A stretch of DNA of 31,111 nucleotides from a virus (lineage: Duplodnaviria > Caudoviricetes): positions 1 through 31,111 of IMG/VR virus record IMGVR_UViG_3300049629_001336, one strand, 5' to 3'. Made by a program: the position numbers and the translations under genes. Below the pieces are notes generated by a model that saw only the letters and a program-made list of their open reading frames with translations, was not told the DNA's origin and made no database searches. Below, in pieces: positions 18,279 to 27,719 of this stretch (the stretch's first letter is position 1; each line of letters opens with the position of its first letter).

Positions 18279-20120
18279 ATGGCAGAAAAAAAGATTTCCT
18301 ATACAGTAAGGGACTTTCAAGGAGTTAGAACTGAGTTAATTAATTTTACAAGAACTTACTATCCTGACTTAGTTCAAAACTTTAACGATGCAGGTATTTT
18401 TTCTGTAATGTTAGATTTGAACGCTGCGGTAACAGATAACTTAAATTATCAAATTGATAGAAGTATCCAAGAAACTGTTTTACAGTTTGCACAACAAAAA
18501 AATTCTGTTTACAATATTGCAAGAACCTACGGTTTAAAAGTACCAGGTCAAAGACCTTCAGTTGCATTAGTTGACTTCTCAATTACAGTTCCTGCTTTTG
18601 GTGATAGAGAAGACTTAAGATATTGTGGAATATTGAGAAGAGGATCTCAAGTTAATGGTGGGGGACAACCTTTCGAAACTGTTTATGATATTGATTTTGC
18701 ATCACCAATTAACGCTGAAGGATCACTTAATAGAATAAAAACACCAAACTTCGATGCTAGTGGTAAGTTAGTAAATTACACAATTACAAAAAGAGAAGTA
18801 GTTGTGAATGGAATTACAAAAGTATTCAAAAGAGTAATAACACCAAACGATAGTAAACCTTACTTGGAATTATTTTTACCTGAAAAAAATGTTTTAGGTA
18901 TTACAAGTGTTTTATTAAAATCGGGTACACAGTATTCAACAATACCAAACCCACAAGACTTTATTACTTTAGGACCTGATAGATGGTTTGAGGTAGATGC
19001 TTTAGTACAAGATAGAGTTTTTGTTGAAGACCCAACTAAAACATCAGACCAACCTGGTATCAAAGTGGGGGTATATATAACAACATCGAATAAGTTTATT
19101 TCTGAATATACACCACAAGGTTTTTGTAAAATAACTTTTGGTGGTGGTAATATTTCGGCTGATGAACAGTTAAAAGAATTCGCAAGAGACGGTAAAGGTT
19201 TTGATCTTAGTCGTTATACAAATAACTATGCAATGGGGGCGGCTCTTTCACCTAACACAACTTTATTTGTTCAGTACAGAATAGGGGGTGGATTATCAAG
19301 TAATGTTGGTATCAATACAATCAATCAAATTGGCACTGTTTCATTCGCAGTAAATGGTCCATCAGCAAGTGCAAATGTAAGTGTGACCAACAGCCTTCAA
19401 TGTAATAATGTCACTGCCGCAATCGGAGGAGCTAATCCACCAACAACCGAAGATGTTAGAAACATGGTCTCTTTTAATTTTGCGGCACAAAACAGAGCAG
19501 TAACTGTAAATGACTACAATTCAATTTTAAGAACTATGCCCGCTCAGTTTGGTGCACCTGCTAAAGTTGCCATAACCGAAGAAAACAACAAAATAAGAAT
19601 TAAGATGTTGTCTTACGATTCGAGTGGGGTTTTAACTAATGTAGTTTCGAACACATTGAAACAAAATGTTGCAAATTACCTTTCTAACTTTAGAATGATA
19701 AACGATTATATATCAATAGAGGCGGCTGAAACAATAGACTTGGCCGTAACTGTTGATGTTGTACTTGACAACAGTCAGAACCAAGGAGCAATAATTGCAA
19801 AAACAATCGAAATAGTTACAGACTTCTTCAATCCTTTAGTTAGAAATTTAGGACAGAATGTTAATATATCTGAGTTAAGAAGACTCATACAGTCTGAAAA
19901 CGGAATTGTTTCAGTATCAGATGTTTTATTTTTTAATCAAGTTGGAGGTCAATACTCATCAACCCAAACCTCAATGAGTTATCTAGACCCCGTAACACGA
20001 CAAATCCAACCAGTTGCAGACACTTTATTTGCAACACCGACTCAGATCTACCAAGTTAGATATCCAAACAAAGACATTAATATTAGAGTTCTTAATCTTA
20101 AGTCTGTTAATTTCTCTTAG
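18279..20120 (+). CDS. Baseplate wedge protein, T4 gp6 / Baseplate J-like
   Basis: 613 aa with RDFQGVRTELINF...LDLNAAVTDNLNYQID...AQQKNSVYNIARTYG, ITFGGG, VQYRIGGG, AIGGA and AQNRAVTVNDY. It follows gp25. Confidence 0.88.
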   Translation: MAEKKISYTVRDFQGVRTELINFTRTYYPDLVQNFNDAGIFSVMLDLNAAVTDNLNYQIDRSIQETVLQFAQQKNSVYNIARTYGLKVPGQRPSVALVDFSITVPAFGDREDLRYCGILRRGSQVNGGGQPFETVYDIDFASPINAEGSLNRIKTPNFDASGKLVNYTITKREVVVNGITKVFKRVITPNDSKPYLELFLPEKNVLGITSVLLKSGTQYSTIPNPQDFITLGPDRWFEVDALVQDRVFVEDPTKTSDQPGIKVGVYITTSNKFISEYTPQGFCKITFGGGNISADEQLKEFARDGKGFDLSRYTNNYAMGAALSPNTTLFVQYRIGGGLSSNVGINTINQIGTVSFAVNGPSASANVSVTNSLQCNNVTAAIGGANPPTTEDVRNMVSFNFAAQNRAVTVNDYNSILRTMPAQFGAPAKVAITEENNKIRIKMLSYDSSGVLTNVVSNTLKQNVANYLSNFRMINDYISIEAAETIDLAVTVDVVLDNSQNQGAIIAKTIEIVTDFFNPLVRNLGQNVNISELRRLIQSENGIVSVSDVLFFNQVGGQYSSTQTSMSYLDPVTRQIQPVADTLFATPTQIYQVRYPNKDINIRVLNLKSVNFS

Positions 20121-20173
20121 TGATTTATTTTTTTTGAAAGAAACCTATTTTTTATTGAAAATAGGAAATAAAC

Positions 20174-20180
20174 TATTTAT
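20174..20180 (+). promoter_or_regulatory. TATTTAT motif (candidate late promoter)
   Basis: Intergenic, starting 24 nt before the ATG at 20198 and just downstream of a small hairpin (20144-20165). Confidence 0.5.
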
Positions 20181-20197
20181 CAAAAAAAGAAAAATTA

Positions 20198-23100
20198 ATG
20201 TCTAAATCATATAGAATAAGGACACAGGTTGGTGTCGACAAATACATAAATGTAAATTTAGAACAAGACTGGGAACAACTTGAGATATTGTCTCTAAAGA
20301 TTCTTGCTAATAATATTTACACTCGATTTTGTGCTGATTACGGTGTTGTTACGGGTCGTGTATTTGTCAATGGAGGTTTTGGATTACCAAATGCTAAGGT
20401 GTCTATTTTTATTCCTTTGACTGACACAGATGAGTTAGATCCGGTTATTTCAGAAATATACCCGTTCAAAACTATTAATGACACCACTGAAGAGGGTTAC
20501 CGATATAATTTACTCCCAAAACTACCCTCATATAATGGACATGTGTCCACAGGTTCATTTCCTAACAAAGGGGATGTTCTAATGGATGAATCATATATTG
20601 AGGTATATGACAAGTATTATAGATTTACAGTGACCACAAATGAGAGTGGAGACTTTATGATTTTTGGGGTACCAACTGGTGAACAAACTATCGTAATGGA
20701 TGTTGACTTATCAGACATTGGATGTTTTTCGTTGTCACCACAAGATTTAATACAACAAGGTTTGGCAACCGAAACTCAAGTCGACGGAGCAAGATTCAAA
20801 TCTTCTACAAATTTAAGAGAGTTACCACAAATCAAAAACCTAATTTATACTGTAAATGTTAGACCGTTTTGGGGAAGTGAGGATCTTTGTCAAATTGGAA
20901 TTACAAGAGTTGACTTTGATTTAACAAAACAAGCAAATATTAATATCCAACCTACAGCAATCTTCATGGGATCAATAATCTCAACTACTGATGATGATGC
21001 TCTGAAAGTAAAATGTAAACCAAAAAATAATACAGGTAATCTTTGTGAGTTGATTGCTGGACAAGGAGAAATACAAGGTATAAGACAAACAATTTTTTCA
21101 GATACAAATGGTTTACCAATCCTTGAAAGATGGAATATAGAACAAGCGGGTAAAGTTATTGATGGTGACGGAACTTATTTGGTTAATGTACCAATGAACT
21201 TGGATTATGTTACAACAAATGAGTTTGGACAACAAGTTTTATCTGCCGATCCTGCGGTAGGTGTACCAACAAAAGGAAAGTACAGATTCAAGTTTAGATG
21301 GCAAACATCACAAGGATTACAAGGTAGTTTCTTAAGAGCTGATTTTTTAGTGCCAAATATTAAAGAGTATGGATGGACCAATTCAGGAAACGATCCATTC
21401 GACCCAACTCAATCATACACATATAATTATCCCCAAATTCCTGCAGGTTCAATATCAGGTCAAACTGTGTTAATAACTTCTGGAGGGTTAATAAGTCCTG
21501 TATTCTACAATGTTGAAAGTTACACCATTTTTGTAAATGGGAATCAATACTTTGGATCTCCTGAGTCTATTGATTTTAGTGCGGGAGGCACATTACTGAT
21601 AGTTGCAAGTCCTTTGGATGATCAACAACCACAGAATATTGATTTTACTTTTGTTCCTCAAGACTTGTTTGATGTTTATAAATCATATGCGTTCAGTACG
21701 GATTGGGATGATTATGCAAACGCACAAGACGCTATCGATTGTAAGGACACTTTCTATGAGTTCAAGTACAATAAAGTGTATACGACTGCAATGTTCTTAG
21801 ATAGATACAAAAACGGTATAGGAAGAGCAAGACATTTAGGTATAAAAGAAATTGACAACAGAAGTTGTAAGTCAACTGTAAATACATTTCCTGTTAATGA
21901 TGTTATAAGAAATTTTGATTTTATTTTCTTTGTTTTCAACATCCTTATAAACATACTTACATTCCCAATCTTAACATTATTATTTGTAGCCCACTTTATT
22001 TCATTTATGTGGCCACTTCTGAAGTATGTTCTTATAGCTTTAGGAATTTATTTTTCATATGAGGCAACAGTTGCATTAATTGAATCAATTCAGACAGCGG
22101 CAGCCGCGATTAATGTTGCATCAGGAATCATAAGTGCATCTTTAGCTGGTCCTGTGGTGAATGTTGGTAACATTTTAGAAGCGGTCAGGTTGATTCTATG
22201 GGGGATCGGTCAAGTTGCGATTGCGACATTTAAATTAGGTTTGGCCCTTGCATTCACCGCAGTTGCCATTGTAGCTGCAAGACGAATAAAAGGTTTTCCA
22301 AGAATTGGACTTCCTATGATTTCATATCCTGATTGCACAAGTTGTGATTGTGATTGTAAAAGTGCCGAAATGGATGATGATTTTGATGAAAGTTCTATAA
22401 ACCAACAAATTAATGAAGCCGGTACCGCTTCACAAGGTGGTGAAGAAGTTTTATCGATACCTAAGACTGCTGTTGCCCCTGTAAACTATTCAGGGTCATA
22501 TAATGTCGAACACCCAAATCTAACGGTCAATGAAGATAATGAAGGACCATATCACCCTTGTGATAGTTTGGGTACTTTGATGGGACAACAAAACGGTTTA
22601 GATTCATCGGTTGCGGTTAGGGCGGCATTAGATTTCAGAAGGTTATTTTCGGGATATGATGTTTTAACATCTACATCACCTAACAAATACATACCAAACC
22701 CACAATATCTCTTAAAAGCTCCCCAACCTTTCTTATTTGTGGGAGAAAGAAGGGCACCACTTTATTTAAACTCAATTACAGATTTGAGGGGATTCGCTTG
22801 GCCAAAAAGTGTTACCTTAAGTCAAAAATTAAACGAATTTAATACTCGAGATAAATATTTCAAAAGTTCACCATCGGCGTCAAATGGAACAGGGGTAAAC
22901 AGAATTAAAACAACTGTAAATCCAACTTTAGGGTCAACAGCATATGAAGATCAAGTTCTTGTAATTCTAATGAATAAAGGTACTACATCAAGTTTAGGTG
23001 TTGGAAATTTAATTACTTTTCAGAACCCAAATTATGTAAACCCAACTCTTGCAACACCTGTAAATAGATTAACAAACCTAACAGGTGCAACCACCAACCA

Positions 23101-25822
23101 ATTTCAAAATAACGCTGTAACAGGTTATACAATTACAGGAAACACAATTCCCGTACAAGTGCCTTATGCTAGTCCGAACTCACCAACATCCTATGCTTCA
23201 CCAGCTGCTAATATAATCGTTGTTTCACCTCAAGTTTCACAACAACCTGTGATTGGTAATCCAAGTGCGGAGCAATCGTACCTCCAATATCCTACTGATA
23301 TGGAATATTTCCAATTAGTTACTGGGGTTACTTTTAATGAATTTATTGCCAATTCAAATACCGGCAATACTGGATTTTTCCCTTCTACATATTTGTTACA
23401 TGATGTTACAATTGGTGTAAATTTTTGTGGTGTTTCAAATCTGACATATAACAACATTATTACAACAATGACAGACTTTCAAAACTTTGAAATCTGTATC
23501 TTTGTAAGAGGAGTCGATCCACACACGGCAAAACAACCAACAATTCAATATGATTTATCAAGATTGTTTGGTAAGTCATATGGACAAGGTCCAATAATCA
23601 GTGGAAGTTATTACCTCAACAGACCAATCCAACCAACAACAGGTACGGGATACAAACCACTTACACACAACACACTTACAAATGTTTTAAATAATTTGTA
23701 TTTCCCATCATTCACATTTACAATTGATTCTACACCAGGAAATTATAGTGGATTTACTTCTGATTACCCTTATTACTATGCAAGTACTGACGATTCTATC
23801 TCTAGTACTTATAATCCATATCCAGGACAATGGCAAGTAAACAACTTAGCAAGTAACCAAATTTTAACAAATCCTTCTAACCGATCCCTCCCTCTGAATC
23901 AGTCGGCTTACATGGTTGGAGGAACATATATTAGATGGGTTAACACTAATTTAACTAATAGTTATCAAATGTTGTTACAAACTGGAAATAACAACAGTTC
24001 ACCATCTTGTGATCAGGATTGTCAAAATATGGAATATTTTAACACAGGATCGACTTTTTACACAGGAATCAATTCTGCGGGTAATTTGACCGCACTTTAT
24101 TCACCGGCCTATTATAGATACTCACTCAACGGTGTTAACTTCTCAAACTCAACAAATATTGTTATGAGAAGTGATCGATTACCAACTTCTACAACAGTAC
24201 AAAATGGTGCTTCAGGAACTAACACAGGATTTGCCTTACATCAAAATGATAACTTTGCGGTATTCTCACCATCGGGAGACGCAGCTTATCCATTTATTAC
24301 CGCAGGTGGTGATCTTTATAGTGGTGATAGTCAAGATGATGACCCAACAACACAAGCACTTACCGAAACATTAAGTTGTGAAGGTATGGTACCTTTGGAA
24401 TGTTACTCAGGTTCAGGTGGTAATGTTGGTGTATTACCCACAGGTCAATGTTCAATTCCTGAAAACAGAATGATAAATGGATGTTATTGTTTATTGAACA
24501 AGACTTATTTATTTGAATATGGTGCGGATGCTAGATTATTTTTAGAATGGAAGGTTAGATTTACAATGAACTTTGCCGCTTGTAGAGGAGTATTTGGACA
24601 AGTATTCCAAAACAACTGGATCAATGGTGTCTTATATATGTTTAACTTTAATAAACAAACAACCTTTGACGCATTTGCAAATCCGGTTTACGATTATTGT
24701 GATGATGTGATTATGTTCAACGACATAACAAATGTCTTCTTTTATAGATCATCTCCTTGGGATCAAAATACCGAAAGGTTTATTGGTAAAGACTCACCAC
24801 AAATAAATCCTAATGCCGTTGGAGTAACTTTTCCAGGTTTTGGATATAATGTAAAACAAATACAATTTCCAACAACCATTACTGATTTAGGACCAAGAGA
24901 TTATTTTATTAATCAAATTTGTTGTTCATCTGGTGAAGATGGATTTGGATCTTATTATGCTAACCAACTCAAAACTACATCATACCAAGATAACTCAGAT
25001 ATCATCCAATTAGGGTTTTTGTCGAGAATATTAAATGAAGGTGTTAGACAAAGAATTATACCAATAACAAACGGAGGTGATAGTTCCGAAGGAAAAGGAA
25101 TAATTCAATTCTTCAATAGTACAAGAGGTGGTTATCGTATAGATGGTGATTGGGCTCAGATGTTATCAATTAATTCTGAATGGAAAGTTTTACCATTCAT
25201 TACAGAAAACTTACCACAACCTAACCCTAATGTTTACATTTATTTTGGTGATAACAATAACGGAACAACAACACTCTCCGGAGATGAAATCAAACCTATT
25301 ATGGGATTGTTTTTCCAAGTAAATGACGATGAAACTTACTATAGAAAAATAATGTCTCCGGGAATCGAAACTTACAATTTTAACCCACTAATTGAGGAAG
25401 ACTTTGGATATCCTAAATCTCAGGAAGTCCCGCATTATAGATGGCAAGTTAGAATACCAACTGTATATGCAGGAACCCCAAACATATTTGGTTCGGAGGA
25501 TAACAATTGGTTCACCACGACATATCCGGTTTTAACACCTAATAATAACTCACAGGGATTCTTTTTCAAAAAGTATCAAGATTTAGATTTCGTAACTGGT
25601 GGTGAAAAATATAGGACGACAACAACTCAAAACGGTTTCATAAGTAATTATGTAAATGGTGTACCACAGTACTCATCCTCAAATGTGACACAAGGATCAC
25701 CAAGCACATCGTTCTTGGATTCTATTATAGTTGGTGCACCATATCATTTCTATTTTGGGTTAAATAACGGTAAGACTGCGATCGACAGATTCTTTAAACT
25801 ATATGTTGTGAACGAATTATAA
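20198..25822 (+). CDS. Large putative virion/baseplate-associated protein with an N-terminal transthyretin/carboxypeptidase-regulatory-like fold, an internal multi-helix hydrophobic segment and Cys clusters
   Basis: 1874-aa ORF. GVVTGRVFVNGGFGLPNAKVSIF...TTNESGDFMIFGVPTGEQTI fits a carboxypeptidase-regulatory-like sandwich. Residues ~575-694 are hydrophobic and are followed by CTSCDCDC. It lies directly after gp25-gp6. Confidence 0.65.
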   Translation: MSKSYRIRTQVGVDKYINVNLEQDWEQLEILSLKILANNIYTRFCADYGVVTGRVFVNGGFGLPNAKVSIFIPLTDTDELDPVISEIYPFKTINDTTEEGYRYNLLPKLPSYNGHVSTGSFPNKGDVLMDESYIEVYDKYYRFTVTTNESGDFMIFGVPTGEQTIVMDVDLSDIGCFSLSPQDLIQQGLATETQVDGARFKSSTNLRELPQIKNLIYTVNVRPFWGSEDLCQIGITRVDFDLTKQANINIQPTAIFMGSIISTTDDDALKVKCKPKNNTGNLCELIAGQGEIQGIRQTIFSDTNGLPILERWNIEQAGKVIDGDGTYLVNVPMNLDYVTTNEFGQQVLSADPAVGVPTKGKYRFKFRWQTSQGLQGSFLRADFLVPNIKEYGWTNSGNDPFDPTQSYTYNYPQIPAGSISGQTVLITSGGLISPVFYNVESYTIFVNGNQYFGSPESIDFSAGGTLLIVASPLDDQQPQNIDFTFVPQDLFDVYKSYAFSTDWDDYANAQDAIDCKDTFYEFKYNKVYTTAMFLDRYKNGIGRARHLGIKEIDNRSCKSTVNTFPVNDVIRNFDFIFFVFNILINILTFPILTLLFVAHFISFMWPLLKYVLIALGIYFSYEATVALIESIQTAAAAINVASGIISASLAGPVVNVGNILEAVRLILWGIGQVAIATFKLGLALAFTAVAIVAARRIKGFPRIGLPMISYPDCTSCDCDCKSAEMDDDFDESSINQQINEAGTASQGGEEVLSIPKTAVAPVNYSGSYNVEHPNLTVNEDNEGPYHPCDSLGTLMGQQNGLDSSVAVRAALDFRRLFSGYDVLTSTSPNKYIPNPQYLLKAPQPFLFVGERRAPLYLNSITDLRGFAWPKSVTLSQKLNEFNTRDKYFKSSPSASNGTGVNRIKTTVNPTLGSTAYEDQVLVILMNKGTTSSLGVGNLITFQNPNYVNPTLATPVNRLTNLTGATTNQFQNNAVTGYTITGNTIPVQVPYASPNSPTSYASPAANIIVVSPQVSQQPVIGNPSAEQSYLQYPTDMEYFQLVTGVTFNEFIANSNTGNTGFFPSTYLLHDVTIGVNFCGVSNLTYNNIITTMTDFQNFEICIFVRGVDPHTAKQPTIQYDLSRLFGKSYGQGPIISGSYYLNRPIQPTTGTGYKPLTHNTLTNVLNNLYFPSFTFTIDSTPGNYSGFTSDYPYYYASTDDSISSTYNPYPGQWQVNNLASNQILTNPSNRSLPLNQSAYMVGGTYIRWVNTNLTNSYQMLLQTGNNNSSPSCDQDCQNMEYFNTGSTFYTGINSAGNLTALYSPAYYRYSLNGVNFSNSTNIVMRSDRLPTSTTVQNGASGTNTGFALHQNDNFAVFSPSGDAAYPFITAGGDLYSGDSQDDDPTTQALTETLSCEGMVPLECYSGSGGNVGVLPTGQCSIPENRMINGCYCLLNKTYLFEYGADARLFLEWKVRFTMNFAACRGVFGQVFQNNWINGVLYMFNFNKQTTFDAFANPVYDYCDDVIMFNDITNVFFYRSSPWDQNTERFIGKDSPQINPNAVGVTFPGFGYNVKQIQFPTTITDLGPRDYFINQICCSSGEDGFGSYYANQLKTTSYQDNSDIIQLGFLSRILNEGVRQRIIPITNGGDSSEGKGIIQFFNSTRGGYRIDGDWAQMLSINSEWKVLPFITENLPQPNPNVYIYFGDNNNGTTTLSGDEIKPIMGLFFQVNDDETYYRKIMSPGIETYNFNPLIEEDFGYPKSQEVPHYRWQVRIPTVYAGTPNIFGSEDNNWFTTTYPVLTPNNNSQGFFFKKYQDLDFVTGGEKYRTTTTQNGFISNYVNGVPQYSSSNVTQGSPSTSFLDSIIVGAPYHFYFGLNNGKTAIDRFFKLYVVNEL

Positions 25823-25823
25823 T

Positions 25824-27719
25824 ATGAATGTAGATCCATCAACAAGAATAATTGAATCAACACAAAGGTACAAATCGGCACCTTTGAGTGATCAGTTTAT
25901 TAATGTACCTTTGAAACAATCAATGAAAGAATTGGTTGAATTTGATCGCACAACTGATCTTAGTTTACTTGAAGTGTTCGATGAAGAAAGACAACAATCA
26001 ACGATTTTTAGACCTGTTACAAAGTTTACAATTTTATTTGAGAATGCTTTGACTGGATCAACAACATATGTACCTTATAGAGACAACCTATATTATACTA
26101 ACGCTCTCCAAAATGCAATTTCATATTATCCCACAGGTAATGTACCATCTGTTCCCCCACAACCAACAGATCAAACAGTACCTTGGGATGGTTTTCCTCA
26201 GTACCCTGAATTTGATTTCATAAGAACCGACAATTCTGTACAAGGGTATACGATAGGGTCAGGAAGACATTTAGATTTTAAATCAGTTAGTGCAACTACT
26301 TACAACTGGTCACATTACTTAAGTTATGCTTATTCGAATGACCCGAATAAAAAAATGTATGCCGTCGAACCACAAACTCAAATATCTTGGAATTGGATTG
26401 CATCTGATGGAATACCTTTTTACATTGTAAGGGGTAGTGAACTCATAACTAATCAAATTACTTTTAAGTGTCCAATCAAACACAATTTAAGTGTAGGACA
26501 GTTTGTTTTGTTATCTATAAACTACAACAACAACTCAATATTTCAAGTGGATGGTTTGGGAGATGGTGGATCAGGATCCGAAGAATACATATTTAGTATC
26601 CAAAATGTGGGATATACTGGAACAACATTTGTGACTCTAAATCAAGGAACATTTAGAAGAGTTTTAGATAAAACAAATTTAAACGATACAATAAGTACTT
26701 ACTATGTAAGAAGACATCGAATACTTACAGATTCAGATTGTGCGGTATTAGTTAATGCGGGATATGAAAAAAATGTTTATAATGACAAAACAAAGTGTGA
26801 AATCAAACCTCTAACACCTAATCAAGTTAAAAGAACTTCTGTAAAAGAAGGATCAAGATCTTATACATTGTCATTCAATTGTGATGTCAATTTAAGAAAT
26901 TTATTAGATAATCAAAACAGACCAATCAGTAAATTATACTTTACAACAATTTGGAGAGGTTATTTTGGTTGGACACAAAAGTTGAAACAAGGTTGGGAAT
27001 TTAACACATATTTAGATGTTGGAAAACCACAAGTATGGTGGGATCAAAACAATTTAGATTCTAATACAACAATAAATCAATCTCAATATACATCTTTAGT
27101 AAATCAAGGTCCTTTTTTTTATAATGATTTGTTAACTTCAGGTGATACTATAGATGGAGATTTTTGTGAATGGAATAATTTTGAACAAATAGAAAGAACA
27201 CTTTCCGTTTATCAACACAAAATTACATATAACAACAATTGGTTTAGTTTGAATTTTCCAACTTTAAACCCAACAAATTTGTTTGGTTATTTTTACCAAC
27301 CCCACAACCAAATAGGGATAAGAGAATTTTCTGAGTACATTGAAGAATCAACCGATCAGAATATTGTTGATCTTCCTGAGTATGCTTATTACTCAACATT
27401 GAATTCTTCTTTTAGATGGAGAGACCTTTATCCTTATGGGTTCATCAGTGGTGATGGTGTTGGTCTTGACTATCCGTTTTTGAATAATGCTCACTATCCT
27501 TTTGTTGACACAATTTTTAGAATCACACCTGAAAACTATAATACAGCAAGCGATTACGCAACACCAACAAATCCAAATGAATTAAGTCTTTATCAAGGTG
27601 GTAAAGTACCTGTTGATTTGACTGTTATTGCGGCACCTTCTAGTGATGGTTGTGATGTAGGTCAGATATTGTTTGACATAGGAACTAACCCAAATAATCA
27701 AAACCCAAATAATCAATAG
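25824..27719 (+). CDS. Hypothetical structural protein (631 aa) with a small FCCH-like beta domain
   Basis: Uninterrupted ORF in the structural cluster. ITFKCPIKHNLSVGQFVLL (about 26457-26513) resembles the T...HGL..G..V pattern of beta domains found in tail proteins. Confidence 0.65.
   Translation: MNVDPSTRIIESTQRYKSAPLSDQFINVPLKQSMKELVEFDRTTDLSLLEVFDEERQQSTIFRPVTKFTILFENALTGSTTYVPYRDNLYYTNALQNAISYYPTGNVPSVPPQPTDQTVPWDGFPQYPEFDFIRTDNSVQGYTIGSGRHLDFKSVSATTYNWSHYLSYAYSNDPNKKMYAVEPQTQISWNWIASDGIPFYIVRGSELITNQITFKCPIKHNLSVGQFVLLSINYNNNSIFQVDGLGDGGSGSEEYIFSIQNVGYTGTTFVTLNQGTFRRVLDKTNLNDTISTYYVRRHRILTDSDCAVLVNAGYEKNVYNDKTKCEIKPLTPNQVKRTSVKEGSRSYTLSFNCDVNLRNLLDNQNRPISKLYFTTIWRGYFGWTQKLKQGWEFNTYLDVGKPQVWWDQNNLDSNTTINQSQYTSLVNQGPFFYNDLLTSGDTIDGDFCEWNNFEQIERTLSVYQHKITYNNNWFSLNFPTLNPTNLFGYFYQPHNQIGIREFSEYIEESTDQNIVDLPEYAYYSTLNSSFRWRDLYPYGFISGDGVGLDYPFLNNAHYPFVDTIFRITPENYNTASDYATPTNPNELSLYQGGKVPVDLTVIAAPSSDGCDVGQILFDIGTNPNNQNPNNQ
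27687..27716 (+). repeat. Perfect 15-nt tandem duplication AACCCAAATAATCAA x2 (NPNNQ x2)
   Basis: Read directly at 27687-27701 and 27702-27716, immediately before the TAG stop. Confidence 0.9.

Noticed and set aside
17814-20120. Bacterial extracellular contractile injection system or tailocin locus
   Set aside because: The baseplate genes are interleaved with phage-type replication genes and no cellular housekeeping context is present.
9149-20197. tRNA or structured ncRNA genes in intergenic gaps
   Set aside because: The largest gaps (about 70-110 nt) are accounted for by terminators and promoter-like motifs, and no cloverleaf or T-loop signature was seen.
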